Positions 1-12,780 of a stretch of 61,591 nt of DNA are shown here, in pieces. The notes under the pieces are model-generated. The model was given only the letters and a program-made list of their open reading frames with translations, did no database searches and had not been told where the DNA came from. The first letter of the stretch is position 1; every line of letters begins with the position of its first letter. The position numbers and the translations under genes were made by a program. Source of the DNA: Pseudomonadota bacterium (GTDB lineage: Bacteria > Pseudomonadota > Alphaproteobacteria > Rhizobiales > Devosiaceae); contig JAEZHZ010000256.1 in assembly GCA_023436745.1 (NCBI GenBank), forward strand, positions 1 to 61,591. The letters are read 5' to 3'.

Positions 1-1
1 G

Positions 2-352
<351 letters not shown>

Positions 353-385
353 TCGGGCTACACCCGCTCGCCCGACGCACGCGAT

Positions 386-412
386 ATCCCCGGCCAGATG
401 CCGGGGATGACG
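386..412. repeat. GC-rich stem-loop after lpdA (REP-like element or terminator)
   Basis: ATCCCCGGC-CAGAT-GCCGGGGAT followed by GACG; resembles alphaproteobacterial REP hairpins ending GGGATGAC. Confidence 0.45.
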
Positions 413-496
413 CCCCTCCCTGCCCTTGCCAAGCCCTCACCGAAGTGTTGCACTGACGCGGTGAGCTAACTGCTGATTTGCGGGCCGGAGAGGTCA

Positions 497-1591
497 TTGG
501 GCGCCTATATCCTTCGCCGCCTGCTGCTGATGATCCCGACCCTGTTCGGCATCATGGCCATCTCCTTCGTCATCACCCAGTTCGCCCCCGGCGGCCCGGT
601 GGAACAGGCGCTTGCCAACCTCTCAGGGCAGAACTCGAGCTTCATGGATCGGCTGACCGGCAGCGGCCAGGGCGACGCTGCGACCATGCCGCAGGGGGGC
701 CGGGGGGGAGGCTATCGCGGCAGTCAGGGCCTGCCCCCTGAACTGGTCGAACGCATCGAGAAGCAGTTCGGCTTCGACAGGCCGCCGCTCGAGCGCTTCG
801 TCACCATGATCGGCAACTACCTTCGCTTCGATTTCGGCCGGAGCTATTTCCGCGACATCTCCGTGATCGACCTGATCCGCGAGAAGATGCCGGTGTCGAT
901 CTCGCTCGGGCTGTGGATGACGCTGATCGCCTACGGCATCTCCATTCCGCTCGGCATCCGCAAGGCGGTGCGCGACGGCTCGCGCTTCGATGTGTGGTCC
1001 TCGACCATCGTCATCATCGGCTACGCCATACCGGGCTTCATGATCGGCATCCTGCTGGTGGTGCTGTTCGCCGGCGGCAGCTTCCTGCAGATCTTTCCGC
1101 TGCGTGGCCTGACCTCGCCCGGCTGGGAGAGCTTTCCGTGGTGGCGGCAGATCCTCGACTATCTCTGGCACCTGGTGCTGCCGATCACCGCCATGGGGCT
1201 GGGGGCGTTCGCCACCACCACGCTGCTCACCAAGAACAGCTTCATCGACGAGATCGGCAAGCAATACGTCACCACGGCGCGCGCCAAGGGGCTGACGGAA
1301 CGGCAGGTGCTCTACGGCCATGTCTTCCGCAACGCCATGATGCTGGTCATCGCAAGCTTCCCCGCCGCCTTCATCGGGGCCTTCTTCGGCGGCTCGCTGC
1401 TGATCGAGACCATCTTCTCGCTCGATGGGCTCGGGCTGCTCGGCTTCCAGTCGGTCGTCCAGCGCGACTATCCCGTCGTGTTCGCCACGCTCTACATCTT
1501 CTCGCTGGTGGGGCTGGTGCTCGGGCTGCTGTCGGACCTCGCCTATATGTGGGTCGACCCGCGCCTCGACTTCGAGAGCCGGGCCACATGA
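497..1591 (+). CDS. yejB: Microcin C/peptide ABC transporter permease YejB
   Basis: TTG start; MGAYILRRLLLMIPTLFGI, QFAPGGPVEQ, FDFGRSYFRD, TKNSFIDEIGKQYVTTARAKGL, DPRLDFE. Confidence 0.93.
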   Translation: MGAYILRRLLLMIPTLFGIMAISFVITQFAPGGPVEQALANLSGQNSSFMDRLTGSGQGDAATMPQGGRGGGYRGSQGLPPELVERIEKQFGFDRPPLERFVTMIGNYLRFDFGRSYFRDISVIDLIREKMPVSISLGLWMTLIAYGISIPLGIRKAVRDGSRFDVWSSTIVIIGYAIPGFMIGILLVVLFAGGSFLQIFPLRGLTSPGWESFPWWRQILDYLWHLVLPITAMGLGAFATTTLLTKNSFIDEIGKQYVTTARAKGLTERQVLYGHVFRNAMMLVIASFPAAFIGAFFGGSLLIETIFSLDGLGLLGFQSVVQRDYPVVFATLYIFSLVGLVLGLLSDLAYMWVDPRLDFESRAT

Positions 1592-2726
1592 CCGACATGA
1601 TGGCCGAAGCCGCCGCCCTCGAGGCACCCCGCAACAGCCGGCTGTCCCCGCTCAACCGCAGGCGCTGGCAGAACTTCCGCGCCAATCGCCGGGGCTGGTG
1701 GTCCCTGTGGCTGTTCCTCGCCATGTTCCTCGTCGCGATGGGCTCGGACTTCATCGCCAACGACCGCCCCATCGTCGCGTCCTACAAGGGCGAGCTGCTG
1801 TTTCCGGTGTTCGTGGACTATCCCGAAGCCAAGTTCGGCGGCTTTCTCGCGACACCCGATTATCGCAGCGACTTCATAGCGGGCGAGATCGAGGACAATG
1901 GCTGGGCCATCTGGCCGCCAGTCCGGTTCAGCTACGGCACCGTGGACCGCTACCAGCCCGGGTCGGGAGCCACCCCGCCGGCATGGCTGGTCCCGGGCGA
2001 CCAGATCTGCGCGCAGTATCGCGGCGGCACCGCCGACCCCAACTGCCACTGGGGAAATTTCCACTGGCTCGGGACCGATGACCGCGGCCGGGACGTCCTT
2101 GCGCGACTGCTCTACGGGTTGCGCATCTCGATCCTGTTCGGCTTCGCCCTCACTATCCTGTCCTCGATCGTGGGCGTGTTCGTGGGTGCCGTGCAGGGCT
2201 ATTTCGGCGGCTGGATCGATCTCCTCGGCCAGCGGCTGATCGAGATCTGGACCTCGATACCCGCCCTCTACCTGCTGCTCATCATCTCGAGCGTCATCAC
2301 CCCCAGCTTCTGGGTGCTGCTCGGCATCCTGCTGCTGTTCTCCTGGGTGTCGCTGGTCGGCATCGTGCGCGCCGAGTTCCTGCGGGCCCGCAACTTCGAG
2401 TATGTGGCCGCGGCCCGCGCGCTCGGCGTCTCCAACTTCGCCATCATGGGCCGGCACCTGCTGCCCAATGCCATGGTTGCGACACTCACCTTCATGCCAT
2501 TCATCCTGTCGGGCTCGGTCGTCACGCTGACCTCGCTCGATCTGCTCGGCTTCGGGCTGCCGCCCGGCTCGCCCTCGCTGGGGGAACTCCTCGCGCAGGG
2601 CAAGAACAACCTGCAGGCTCCCTGGCTCGGCATTACCGGCTTTGTCACTATCGCCACCATGATGACGCTCCTGGTTTTCATCGGCGAGGCGGTGCGCGAT
2701 GCCTTCGACCCGCGCAAGACCTTCGC

Positions 2727-2730
<4 letters not shown>
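1588..2730 (+). CDS. yejE: Peptide ABC transporter permease YejE
   Basis: ATGA overlap with yej[54 protein letters not shown]. Confidence 0.93.
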
Positions 2731-4355
<1,625 letters not shown>

Positions 4356-4383
4356 TCTGGCCCGAATGCCCGTGGAGACCCCC

Positions 4384-6231
4384 ATGAAGCTCGCCCCCCT
4401 CCTCCTTGCCGGCCTTGCGGCACTGGCACTCGCAGCGCCCGTCGCGGCACAGAGCCCCACCGGCGTCTGGCTCCATGGCGACTCCCTGATCGAGGAGCCG
4501 AAATATCCGGAAGGCTTCGCGCATTTCGACTACGTCAATCCCGAAGCGCCCAAGGGTGGCACGGTCCGCATCGGCAACCGCGGCAGCTTCGACACCTTCA
4601 ATCCACTCCTGCCGCAGGGCCAGCCTGCCGCCGGACTGGGGCTGGTCTACGAGACGCTTATGACGCCGTCGGCAGACGAGCCATCTGCCCATTATGGCCT
4701 TCTCGCCGAAGCCATGAGGGTTGCGGACGACTATGGCGCCGTCACGTTCCGCATGAATCCTGACGCACGCTGGCACGATGGTGAACCGGTGACGGCGGAG
4801 GACGTCGTGTGGTCCTTCAACAAGCTCATCGAGCTCAACCCGGACAATGCCGGCTACTACGCCGATGTGGAGAGCGTGGCGGTGACCGCGCCGGGCGAGG
4901 TGACCTTCACCTTCAACACCACCGAAAACGCCGAACTGCCGCATATCCTGGGACAGGTGCTGGTGCTGCCACAGCATTGGTGGGAGGGCACCGACGAGAA
5001 CGGCAAACAGCGCGACATCTCCCGCTCGACGCTCGAGGCGCCCATGGGGTCCGGCCCCTACCGAGTCGCCCGTTTCGATCCGGGCCGCACCATGGTCTAC
5101 GAGCGGGTCGAGGACTACTGGGGTGCCGACCACCCCACCCGCATCGGCACCAACAATTTCGACGAGTACCGCATCGAGTTTTTCCTCGATGAAACCGTGC
5201 AGTTCGAAGCCTTCAAGGCCGACCAGTTCGACTGGTGGTTCGAGAACACCGCGCGCCGCTGGGCCACGCAGTACGACTTTCCCGCGGTCCGTGACGGCCG
5301 GATCGTGCTGGAGCGCTTCCCCCAGGATTTCGCCCGCTCCGGTGCCATGGTCGGCTTCATTCCGAATCTGCGGCGCCCGATCTTCGAGGACGAACGCGTC
5401 CGCGAGGCGCTGAACTACGCCTTCGACTTCGAGCAGCTGAACGCGACGCTCTTCTATGGCGAGTACCACCGGGTCGACAGCTACTTCTTCGGACTGCCCT
5501 TCGCCTCGGATGGCCTGCCGCAGGGGGAAGAGCTCGAAATCCTCGAATCGGTCCGCGACCTGGTGCCGCCTGCCGTATTCACCGAGGAATATGCCAACCC
5601 GGTCGCAGGCGACGATGCCACGCTGCGCGAGAACCTTCGCCGCGCCCTCGAACTGCTCACGGCCGCCGGATACACGCTGAACGGCAACCAGCTGGTGGAC
5701 GCCAGCGGCCGCCAGCTCGCCTTCGAGATCCTGCTCAACGGCCCGACCATCGAGCCGGTGGCGCAGAACCTCGTCGACAACTTGAACCTGATCGGTGTCG
5801 CGGCCACGATCCGCATCGTCGACGGCGCCCAGTATGTCGAGCGGGTGCGCACCTTCGACTACGACATGATCTATGGCAGCTGGCTGCAGTCCTTCTCGCC
5901 CGGCAATGAGCAGCGCTTCTTCTTCGGTTCATCGACGGCCGACCAGCAGGGGTCCCGCAACTACGCCGGCATTGCCGATCCCGGGATCGACGCGCTGATC
6001 CAGCTGCTGGTGGCCCCCGACGATCGCGACACCCAGCTCGCCATCACCAGCGCCCTCGATCGCGTGCTCCTCCACCACCACTACGTGGTGCCCTCCTACA
6101 TGGCGCAGGACACGCGCATCGCCCGCTGGGACCGGTTCGGCCATCCCGATCCGCTGCCCGAGTTCGACATCGGCTTTCCCACCATCTGGTGGTGGGATGA
6201 GGAAAAGGCGGCCAAGGCGGACGGCAACTAG
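4384..6231 (+). CDS. yejA: Extracellular solute-binding protein family 5, YejA-like
   Basis: GGAGA RBS; signal peptide; EPKYPEGFAHFDYVNPEAPKGG, FDTFNP, SPGNEQRFFFGS, C-terminal TIWWWD. Confidence 0.9.
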   Translation: MKLAPLLLAGLAALALAAPVAAQSPTGVWLHGDSLIEEPKYPEGFAHFDYVNPEAPKGGTVRIGNRGSFDTFNPLLPQGQPAAGLGLVYETLMTPSADEPSAHYGLLAEAMRVADDYGAVTFRMNPDARWHDGEPVTAEDVVWSFNKLIELNPDNAGYYADVESVAVTAPGEVTFTFNTTENAELPHILGQVLVLPQHWWEGTDENGKQRDISRSTLEAPMGSGPYRVARFDPGRTMVYERVEDYWGADHPTRIGTNNFDEYRIEFFLDETVQFEAFKADQFDWWFENTARRWATQYDFPAVRDGRIVLERFPQDFARSGAMVGFIPNLRRPIFEDERVREALNYAFDFEQLNATLFYGEYHRVDSYFFGLPFASDGLPQGEELEILESVRDLVPPAVFTEEYANPVAGDDATLRENLRRALELLTAAGYTLNGNQLVDASGRQLAFEILLNGPTIEPVAQNLVDNLNLIGVAATIRIVDGAQYVERVRTFDYDMIYGSWLQSFSPGNEQRFFFGSSTADQQGSRNYAGIADPGIDALIQLLVAPDDRDTQLAITSALDRVLLHHHYVVPSYMAQDTRIARWDRFGHPDPLPEFDIGFPTIWWWDEEKAAKADGN

Positions 6232-6421
6232 CGGGCCCGCCGGGCTGACTGTGTTCCCGACGCATCGGTGAGGACCCGATGCGGCAGGAATTCGCCTGCT
6301 GAGGCTATGATCGTCGCCGCGAGGGCCTTAAAGTCCTGCCGGCATGCGCGCCTCCAGGGCGTGACCGATCGCAGCGGGGCGGCGTCGCTTAACGGATTCT
6401 TCTCGTCCCGCGATCAAAAAT

Positions 6422-8371
6422 ATGGCTTCTGCCTTCGGGTGGGAGAGTCAACGGGCGGGACTGAATCAACTGCGAAGCGCAAGGCAGGTATCGAGTATCA
6501 GCGCTGTGTGCCTGGCCATCGGACTCAGTCTGGCGGCCCCTGCAGCTGCATTTGAAATCTTCGGCTTCCGCTTCTTCGAGGACGATACCGAAGACGCGGT
6601 GATCGCCGACCCGCAGCCCTATACGGTCGAGGTGGTGGTTGTCGGCGACCCTGCCCTCGCCGGTGTCGTCGACCGGGCCTCGACGCTCGTTCAGGACGCT
6701 GCCGAGCCCGCCTCCGGCGCCGCCGGCCTGCTGGCGACCGCCCGCGGAGACTATGAGCGCATTGTCGCGGCAATGTATGGCGAAGGCCGCTACGGCCCCG
6801 TCGTCAGCATCAGCGTGGGCGGCCGGGAAGCCTCGACGCTGCCGCCGGATGTGGTGCTGCCCGATCCGGTTCCGGTGGTGATCAGCGTCGACACCGGGCC
6901 CGAATTCCGCTTCAGCCGCCTTGCCATTGCCAACCAGGCACCACCGACGGCCGACCCGGCCGACTATGTCGAGCCGCCCTTCGTGGTCGGCTTTGCCGCC
7001 GGCGAAGTCGCGCGCTCCAAGGTCGTGCTGCGTGCGGAGCAACTCACACTCGAGGCGTGGCGCCAGCTCGGCCACCCCAAGGCAGCCGTGGCCCGTCGCG
7101 ATGTCGTAGCCGACCACGCGACCAATACCGTGGACGTCACGCTGGTGGTGGACCCCGGCCCCCGCGCCGCGTTCGGGCCGGTCTCGGTCACCGGCCAGGA
7201 GCGGATGGACCCCGAATTCATCGCCTGGATGACCGGCCTTACCGTCGGGCAGGAATACGACCCCGACGACGTCAAGCTCGCCCAGAAGCGCCTCGATCGC
7301 CTCGAAGTCTTCCAGGTTGCCCGCCTCGAGGCCGCGCAGAATATCGGCCCCGGCGGACTGCTGCCGTTCACCGTCATCGTCCAGGAACTGCCCGGCCGCC
7401 GCTTTGGTGTCGGCGCCACCTATTCCAGCCTCGACGGCCTCGGTGTCGAAGCCTACCACCTGTGGCGCAATTTGTTCGGGCGGGCCGAGCGGCTGCGCCT
7501 CGACGCCCGCGTCGCCAGCATCGGCTATCCGGTCGACTCCTCGCAGTTCGACTATTTCTTCGGCGGCACCTTCACCAAGCCCGGCGTGTTCAACCCGGAT
7601 ACGGATTTCATCGCGGCCGTGTCGGCAGAGCGCAGTGTCTACCCCACCTTCACCGAAACCTCGGCCTCGATACGGGCGGGACTGAATCACGTTCTCAGCG
7701 ACCACATCGCCTTCGAGGCCGGCGCCGAGTTCGAGCGCAGCCGTTTCGACGACGCCTTCGGCACGCGCGACTTCGCCGTGCTCGGGCTGTACGGCAGCGC
7801 CACCCTCGACTTCCGTGACAATCCCACCAACGCCACCGAAGGCTGGTACCTGCAGGGTACGCTCGAACCCTATTACGAGCTTGTCTATGGCAATCCGCAG
7901 GCTCGCCTCGTGATGGAGGGTCGCACCTATTTCGGTTTCGGCGACGACGACCAACTGGTGCTCGCGGCCCGGTTGCGCGGCGGCGCCGTGGTCGGGCCCT
8001 CGCTTGACCAGATCCCGCCCGACCGCCTGTTCTTCGCCGGTGGTGGCGGGTCCGTGCGCGGCTACGCCTATCGCTCGATCGGCGTCGACGATGGCAACGG
8101 CCGGGTGACCGGCGGGCGCTACCTGCTTGAAGGATCGCTGGAAGCCCGCGCCAGGGTGACCGAGGATATCGGTGTCGTCGGCTTCCTCGACGGCGGCTAT
8201 GTCGCTGCCGATGTGTTCCCGGGCCTCGAAGACCTCCGGCTCGGCACCGGCGTGGGCGTACGTTATGAAACCGGCTTCGGGCCGCTGCGCGCCGACCTCG
8301 CCATTCCGCTGAACAAGCGGCCGGGCGATGCGGATTATGCCGTCTATGTCGGTATCGGGCAGGCCTTCTGA
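6422..8371 (+). CDS. tamA: Omp85-family autotransporter assembly factor TamA (start may be further downstream, e.g. GTG at 6506)
   Basis: POTRA-like N-terminus, FFAGGGGSVRGY, GVRYETGFGPLRADLAIPL, terminal YVGIGQAF. Confidence 0.92.
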   Translation: MASAFGWESQRAGLNQLRSARQVSSISAVCLAIGLSLAAPAAAFEIFGFRFFEDDTEDAVIADPQPYTVEVVVVGDPALAGVVDRASTLVQDAAEPASGAAGLLATARGDYERIVAAMYGEGRYGPVVSISVGGREASTLPPDVVLPDPVPVVISVDTGPEFRFSRLAIANQAPPTADPADYVEPPFVVGFAAGEVARSKVVLRAEQLTLEAWRQLGHPKAAVARRDVVADHATNTVDVTLVVDPGPRAAFGPVSVTGQERMDPEFIAWMTGLTVGQEYDPDDVKLAQKRLDRLEVFQVARLEAAQNIGPGGLLPFTVIVQELPGRRFGVGATYSSLDGLGVEAYHLWRNLFGRAERLRLDARVASIGYPVDSSQFDYFFGGTFTKPGVFNPDTDFIAAVSAERSVYPTFTETSASIRAGLNHVLSDHIAFEAGAEFERSRFDDAFGTRDFAVLGLYGSATLDFRDNPTNATEGWYLQGTLEPYYELVYGNPQARLVMEGRTYFGFGDDDQLVLAARLRGGAVVGPSLDQIPPDRLFFAGGGGSVRGYAYRSIGVDDGNGRVTGGRYLLEGSLEARARVTEDIGVVGFLDGGYVAADVFPGLEDLRLGTGVGVRYETGFGPLRADLAIPLNKRPGDADYAVYVGIGQAF

Positions 8372-11300
8372 TGAAGAAGCTCACCCCCACCTTCCGCAGC
8401 CTCGCCCTTGTCACCCTTTCGGCCACGGCGCTTGCCCTTGCCGCGCCCGCCCTGGGGCAGCAGGACATCCTTTCCCTGAGCGACGAGGAACAGAAGGACT
8501 GGCTGACCAGCTTCGTGCAGGACCGCCTGTCGACGCCCGAGCGCCAGATCCGGCTGTCCAATATCGACGGCGTGCTCGGATCCAACGTTTCGATCCGCGA
8601 GATCACCATCTCCGATGCCGAAGGCGTCTGGCTCCGGGTCAACAATGCCAGCCTCAACTGGAACCAGGCCGCCCTGTTCCTCGGCCGGCTCGAGGTCAAC
8701 TCGCTGACTGCGGACTCGATCGAGTATCTGCGCAACCCCGTTCCGTCGGACCAGCCGAACCTGCCCGCACCCGAAGCGGGAACCTTCCAGATTCCCGACT
8801 TCCCCGTCGCGGTGATCCTGCAGCAGCTGAGCGTGCCCGTCGTCACCTTCGGCGAGAACGTCTTCGGCCTCGGATCCGAGATCTCGCTTGCCGGCGCCTT
8901 CCGGCTCGAGAGCGGCAATCTCGATGCCAGCCTCGACATCGTCCGCCTCGACGGGCCCGGCGGCACGCTCGATCTTGATCTCGACTATCTGCGCGACACC
9001 AATGTCCTCGACCTGGGCCTGGTGCTCAACGAGCCCGAGAACGGCGTCCTCGCCAATCTGCTCAACATCGAGGGCCGCCCGGCCGTTTCGCTCAGCCTCA
9101 CCGGCACTGGCCCGGTTTCGGACCTGCGCGCCGACCTGAACCTGGCCGCCAACGGTCAGACCGCGCTTGCCGGCATCACCACAATCAGCCAGGTGGCGGA
9201 AGGCTTTTCCGTCGACGCGGACCTGCGCGGCCCGCTCTCGACGCTGATCGCCGAACCCTACCGCCCCTTCTTCGGCGCCGAGACCGCGCTGACCGCCGAT
9301 GCACTGGTTCGCTCCGGGGGCGGCGTCACCATCGATGCGTTCCGTCTGTCCGGTGGCCAGCTGTCGGTCGAAGGCAGCGCCGCGACCACCCCTGACAATT
9401 TCCTCCAGCGCCTGGACGTCGACGCCGTCATTGCCGATGCGAGCGGCGCCCCGGTGACCCTGCCGGTGCCGGGTGCCGCCACCCGCATCGGTTCGGCGCG
9501 CCTGACCATCGACTATGGGGTCGATGCAGGCGACACCTGGTCCGCGAGCATCGACGCGAGCGGTTTCGAGAGCACCGACTTCGCGGCTGACACCGTGCAG
9601 TTCGACGTGGGCGGCGTGGCCGCCAATCTCTCCGACCCGGCAGGCCGCCGCCTCACCTTCAACGGCGACGGAGCCGTGAGCGGCATCACCGCCACACTGG
9701 AGGTCGAGGCTGCCCTTGGCGACAGCATCGGCCTCGGCGTCGCCGGGCTCTGGAATGCGGGCGAGCCGATCGAACTCGCCGAGTTCCGCGTCGCGGCCGC
9801 CAATCTCACCGCAGCCCTCACCGGCCAGCTCGACGGGTTCGACTTCAAGGGCGACGTTGCACTCGAAACCTCCAGCATCGCCCCCTTCTCGGGTTTAGCC
9901 GGCCGAGACCTCGACGGCGCGCTGTCGCTGCAGGCTACCGGTCTGATCCAGCCCCTGAGCGGCGGCTTTGACCTCGTGCTCGACGGCACCGGTACCGGCC
10001 TTCAGGTCGATGACGAAGTGGCCGACCGCCTGCTCGCCGGCACGGTCGAACTGGAAGGCCGCCTGGCCCGTACCGAGGCCGGCCTCAAAGCCGATGCCTT
10101 CCGCCTCGGCAACCAGCAACTGCAGCTGACCGCCAACGGCACCTACGCCTCCACCGTCGCCGATTTTGGCTTGAGCCTCGATCTCGCGGACCTGTCGCTC
10201 GTCACCGACGCCGGCTCGGGCGCGGTACGCGTGGTGGGCACGGCCCGCGGCGAGGAGGGAGTCGTTGACCTCTCCCTCGTCGGCACCATTGCCGAAGGCC
10301 GCCTGGGCGATCGCGCCCTCCGCGACGCCACCCTGCGCTTCGATGGCACCACCTCCGATGCTGGCCTTGCCGGAACGATCTCCGGCGAAGCCGCGCTCGA
10401 CGGGCACCGCACGCTTCTCTCCGCCGACCTCGCGGCCGACAGCGACGCCTTGGCGCTCAGCCAGATCGACTTCCAGGCTGCCGGCACCCGCATCACCGGC
10501 GGCGTGACCCGCGCGGCGGCGACGGGCCTGCTCGACGGCTCGCTGTCGCTGGTGTCTCCCGACGTGTCGGTACCGGCTGCGCTGCTGCTGCTCGATGCCC
10601 AGGGTGCCATCAACGCAGATGTCGCCCTTGCAGCAGACGGAGACCGGCAGTCCGCCACCGTTCGCGCGGATGTCGCCAACCTGCGGCTCGATACCGTTCG
10701 CATCGGCGCCGCCGACATCAACGCCACCGTCGCCGATCTGTTCGGCGTCCCGGCCATCGATGGCAGCGCCTCGGCGACGAACGTAGCTGCCGGCGGCGTC
10801 ACCGTCGATCGGCTCACCGCCCGCGCCAGCCAGAGCGGCGGCGCCACCAGCTTCGACGCGCAGGCGCGGCTCGCGACCGGCACCGATGTAGACGTCGCCG
10901 GCTCGCTGGCGCCGGTCGAGAACGGCTTCCGCCTCGCGCTCGATCGCGCCAACCTCGATCAGGGCAGCCTCAGCGCGCGCCTTGCACAGCCCGCCACCCT
11001 CGAGGTCATTGGCGAGAGCGTTCGGCTCGACGCCATCCGCTTCGATGTCGGCTCCGGTTCCATCACGGCGACCGGCACCGCCGGCAGCAGCCTCGACATC
11101 ACGGCCGACGTCCGGTCCCTGCCCCTGTCCATCGCCAACGCCTTCGCGCCCGACCTTGCCCTCGGCGGCACGCTCGATGGCCGCGCCAGCATCACCGGAT
11201 CGTCCTCCGATCCTCAGGTGCGCTTCGAGGCCTCGGCAACTGGCGTCAACGCCGCAGCGCTGCGGGATCTCGGCGTCACCGGCGTCTCCGCCACTGCCAG

Positions 11301-12711
11301 CGGCAGCTATGCAGGCGGCACGGTCCAGCTCGCATCACTGTCTGCCCAGGGCGGCGGCGGACTGAGCCTGTCCGGCTCCGGCAGCATCCCGCTCGCCGGG
11401 TCCGGGCTCGACCTGCGCCTGACCGGCTCCGCCCCCCTGGCACTCGGCAACCGCTGGCTGGCGGATCGCGGCGGGCAATTGAGCGGCGTGCTCAACCTCG
11501 ATGCCCGCGTCGGCGGCAGCCTCGCGAGCCCCACCTTTGGCGGCACCGTCTCGACGACCAATGCCGGCTATGTCGATCCCGAACTCAACCTGCGCCTTGT
11601 CGGCGTGTCGGGCAGCGCGACGCTTGACGGCACGAACCTCGTTATCCAGCGGCTCAGCGGCAGCTCGGCCACCGGCGGCACCGTATCGGCCTCCGGCTCG
11701 ATCGGCCTGTCAGGTGGCTTCCCCGCCAACCTGACCCTCGCCCTGCGCAGTGCCCGTTACGCCGATGGCGACCTGTTCGTCGCCACGCTGTCGGGCGACC
11801 TCGCCCTGACCGGCAACCTGACCGGCAATCCGCTGCTCAGCGGCAGCGTGATGGTGGAGCAAGCCAACATCACCGTGCCGAACGCCTTCGGCGGCGCTGC
11901 GCAGCTCATCGATGTCGAACATCTGCACATGCCGCGGCCGGTCGCCGTGACGCTGGAGCGCGCACGCATCGATGTCGCCCCTGGCGCACCGGTGCCCCAG
12001 TCCCGCCCGGCCGGCCTGCTGCTCGACGTCAACATCGATGCACCCAACCAGGTCTACATCCGCGGCCGGGGTCTCGATGCGGAAGCCGGCGGTTCGGTGC
12101 GCATCACCGGCCCCGTCAACAACATCCAGCCGGTGGGCGCATTCACCCTGATCCGGGGACGGCTCTCCCTGCTAGGCCAGCGCATCACCTTCGACACCGG
12201 CACCGTGACGCTGGTGGGAGACCTCGACCCCTTCCTCAACCTCGTGGCGAGCACCGAGGGGGATGGCATCACCGTATTCGTGACAGTTTCCGGACGTGTC
12301 TCGGAGGTGGATGTGTCCTTCACCTCGAACCCGCCCCTGCCGCAGGACGAGGTGCTGAGCAGGCTGATCTTCAACCGCTCCCTCAACGAGCTTTCGCCGT
12401 TCCAGCTTGCCCGCCTCGCAGCGGCCGCTGCCGAACTCGTCGGCGGCGGCAGCGGGGGTGGTCTGGTCGATGATCTTCGCGGCGCGGCGGGGCTGGCCGA
12501 TCTCGATGTGGTCACGGACGAACAGGGTAACCTCGCCGTGCAGGCCGGCACCTACATCCAGGACAATGTGTATCTCGGTGTCACGGCCGGAGCGAACGGG
12601 CAGAGCCGCGTGAACATCAACCTCGATGTCACCAACGACCTCACCGTCCGCGGTTCGGCCGGCCAGAACGGGGACACCAGCCTCGGTGTCTTCTACGAGC
12701 GCGACTACTAG
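8371..12711 (+). CDS. tamB: Translocation and assembly module TamB (1446 aa)
   Basis: Coupled to tamA (TGATG); Gly/Ala-rich beta-taco repeats; DUF490-type C-terminus IRGRGLDAE...LPQDEVLSRLIF...GVFYERDY. Confidence 0.92.
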   Translation: MKKLTPTFRSLALVTLSATALALAAPALGQQDILSLSDEEQKDWLTSFVQDRLSTPERQIRLSNIDGVLGSNVSIREITISDAEGVWLRVNNASLNWNQAALFLGRLEVNSLTADSIEYLRNPVPSDQPNLPAPEAGTFQIPDFPVAVILQQLSVPVVTFGENVFGLGSEISLAGAFRLESGNLDASLDIVRLDGPGGTLDLDLDYLRDTNVLDLGLVLNEPENGVLANLLNIEGRPAVSLSLTGTGPVSDLRADLNLAANGQTALAGITTISQVAEGFSVDADLRGPLSTLIAEPYRPFFGAETALTADALVRSGGGVTIDAFRLSGGQLSVEGSAATTPDNFLQRLDVDAVIADASGAPVTLPVPGAATRIGSARLTIDYGVDAGDTWSASIDASGFESTDFAADTVQFDVGGVAANLSDPAGRRLTFNGDGAVSGITATLEVEAALGDSIGLGVAGLWNAGEPIELAEFRVAAANLTAALTGQLDGFDFKGDVALETSSIAPFSGLAGRDLDGALSLQATGLIQPLSGGFDLVLDGTGTGLQVDDEVADRLLAGTVELEGRLARTEAGLKADAFRLGNQQLQLTANGTYASTVADFGLSLDLADLSLVTDAGSGAVRVVGTARGEEGVVDLSLVGTIAEGRLGDRALRDATLRFDGTTSDAGLAGTISGEAALDGHRTLLSADLAADSDALALSQIDFQAAGTRITGGVTRAAATGLLDGSLSLVSPDVSVPAALLLLDAQGAINADVALAADGDRQSATVRADVANLRLDTVRIGAADINATVADLFGVPAIDGSASATNVAAGGVTVDRLTARASQSGGATSFDAQARLATGTDVDVAGSLAPVENGFRLALDRANLDQGSLSARLAQPATLEVIGESVRLDAIRFDVGSGSITATGTAGSSLDITADVRSLPLSIANAFAPDLALGGTLDGRASITGSSSDPQVRFEASATGVNAAALRDLGVTGVSATASGSYAGGTVQLASLSAQGGGGLSLSGSGSIPLAGSGLDLRLTGSAPLALGNRWLADRGGQLSGVLNLDARVGGSLASPTFGGTVSTTNAGYVDPELNLRLVGVSGSATLDGTNLVIQRLSGSSATGGTVSASGSIGLSGGFPANLTLALRSARYADGDLFVATLSGDLALTGNLTGNPLLSGSVMVEQANITVPNAFGGAAQLIDVEHLHMPRPVAVTLERARIDVAPGAPVPQSRPAGLLLDVNIDAPNQVYIRGRGLDAEAGGSVRITGPVNNIQPVGAFTLIRGRLSLLGQRITFDTGTVTLVGDLDPFLNLVASTEGDGITVFVTVSGRVSEVDVSFTSNPPLPQDEVLSRLIFNRSLNELSPFQLARLAAAAAELVGGGSGGGLVDDLRGAAGLADLDVVTDEQGNLAVQAGTYIQDNVYLGVTAGANGQSRVNINLDVTNDLTVRGSAGQNGDTSLGVFYERDY

Positions 12712-12780
12712 CCGCCGCGGAGGTTGACGCGCCCGCCCGGCCGAAGCACCCTTGCGGCTCCCCCAACCGCACGTGGTTCC

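Noticed and set aside
8371..12711. Repetitive Gly/Ala/Ser-rich giant protein considered as an adhesin or toxin
   Set aside because: The C-terminal DUF490-type motifs and the coupling to tamA identify it as ordinary TamB
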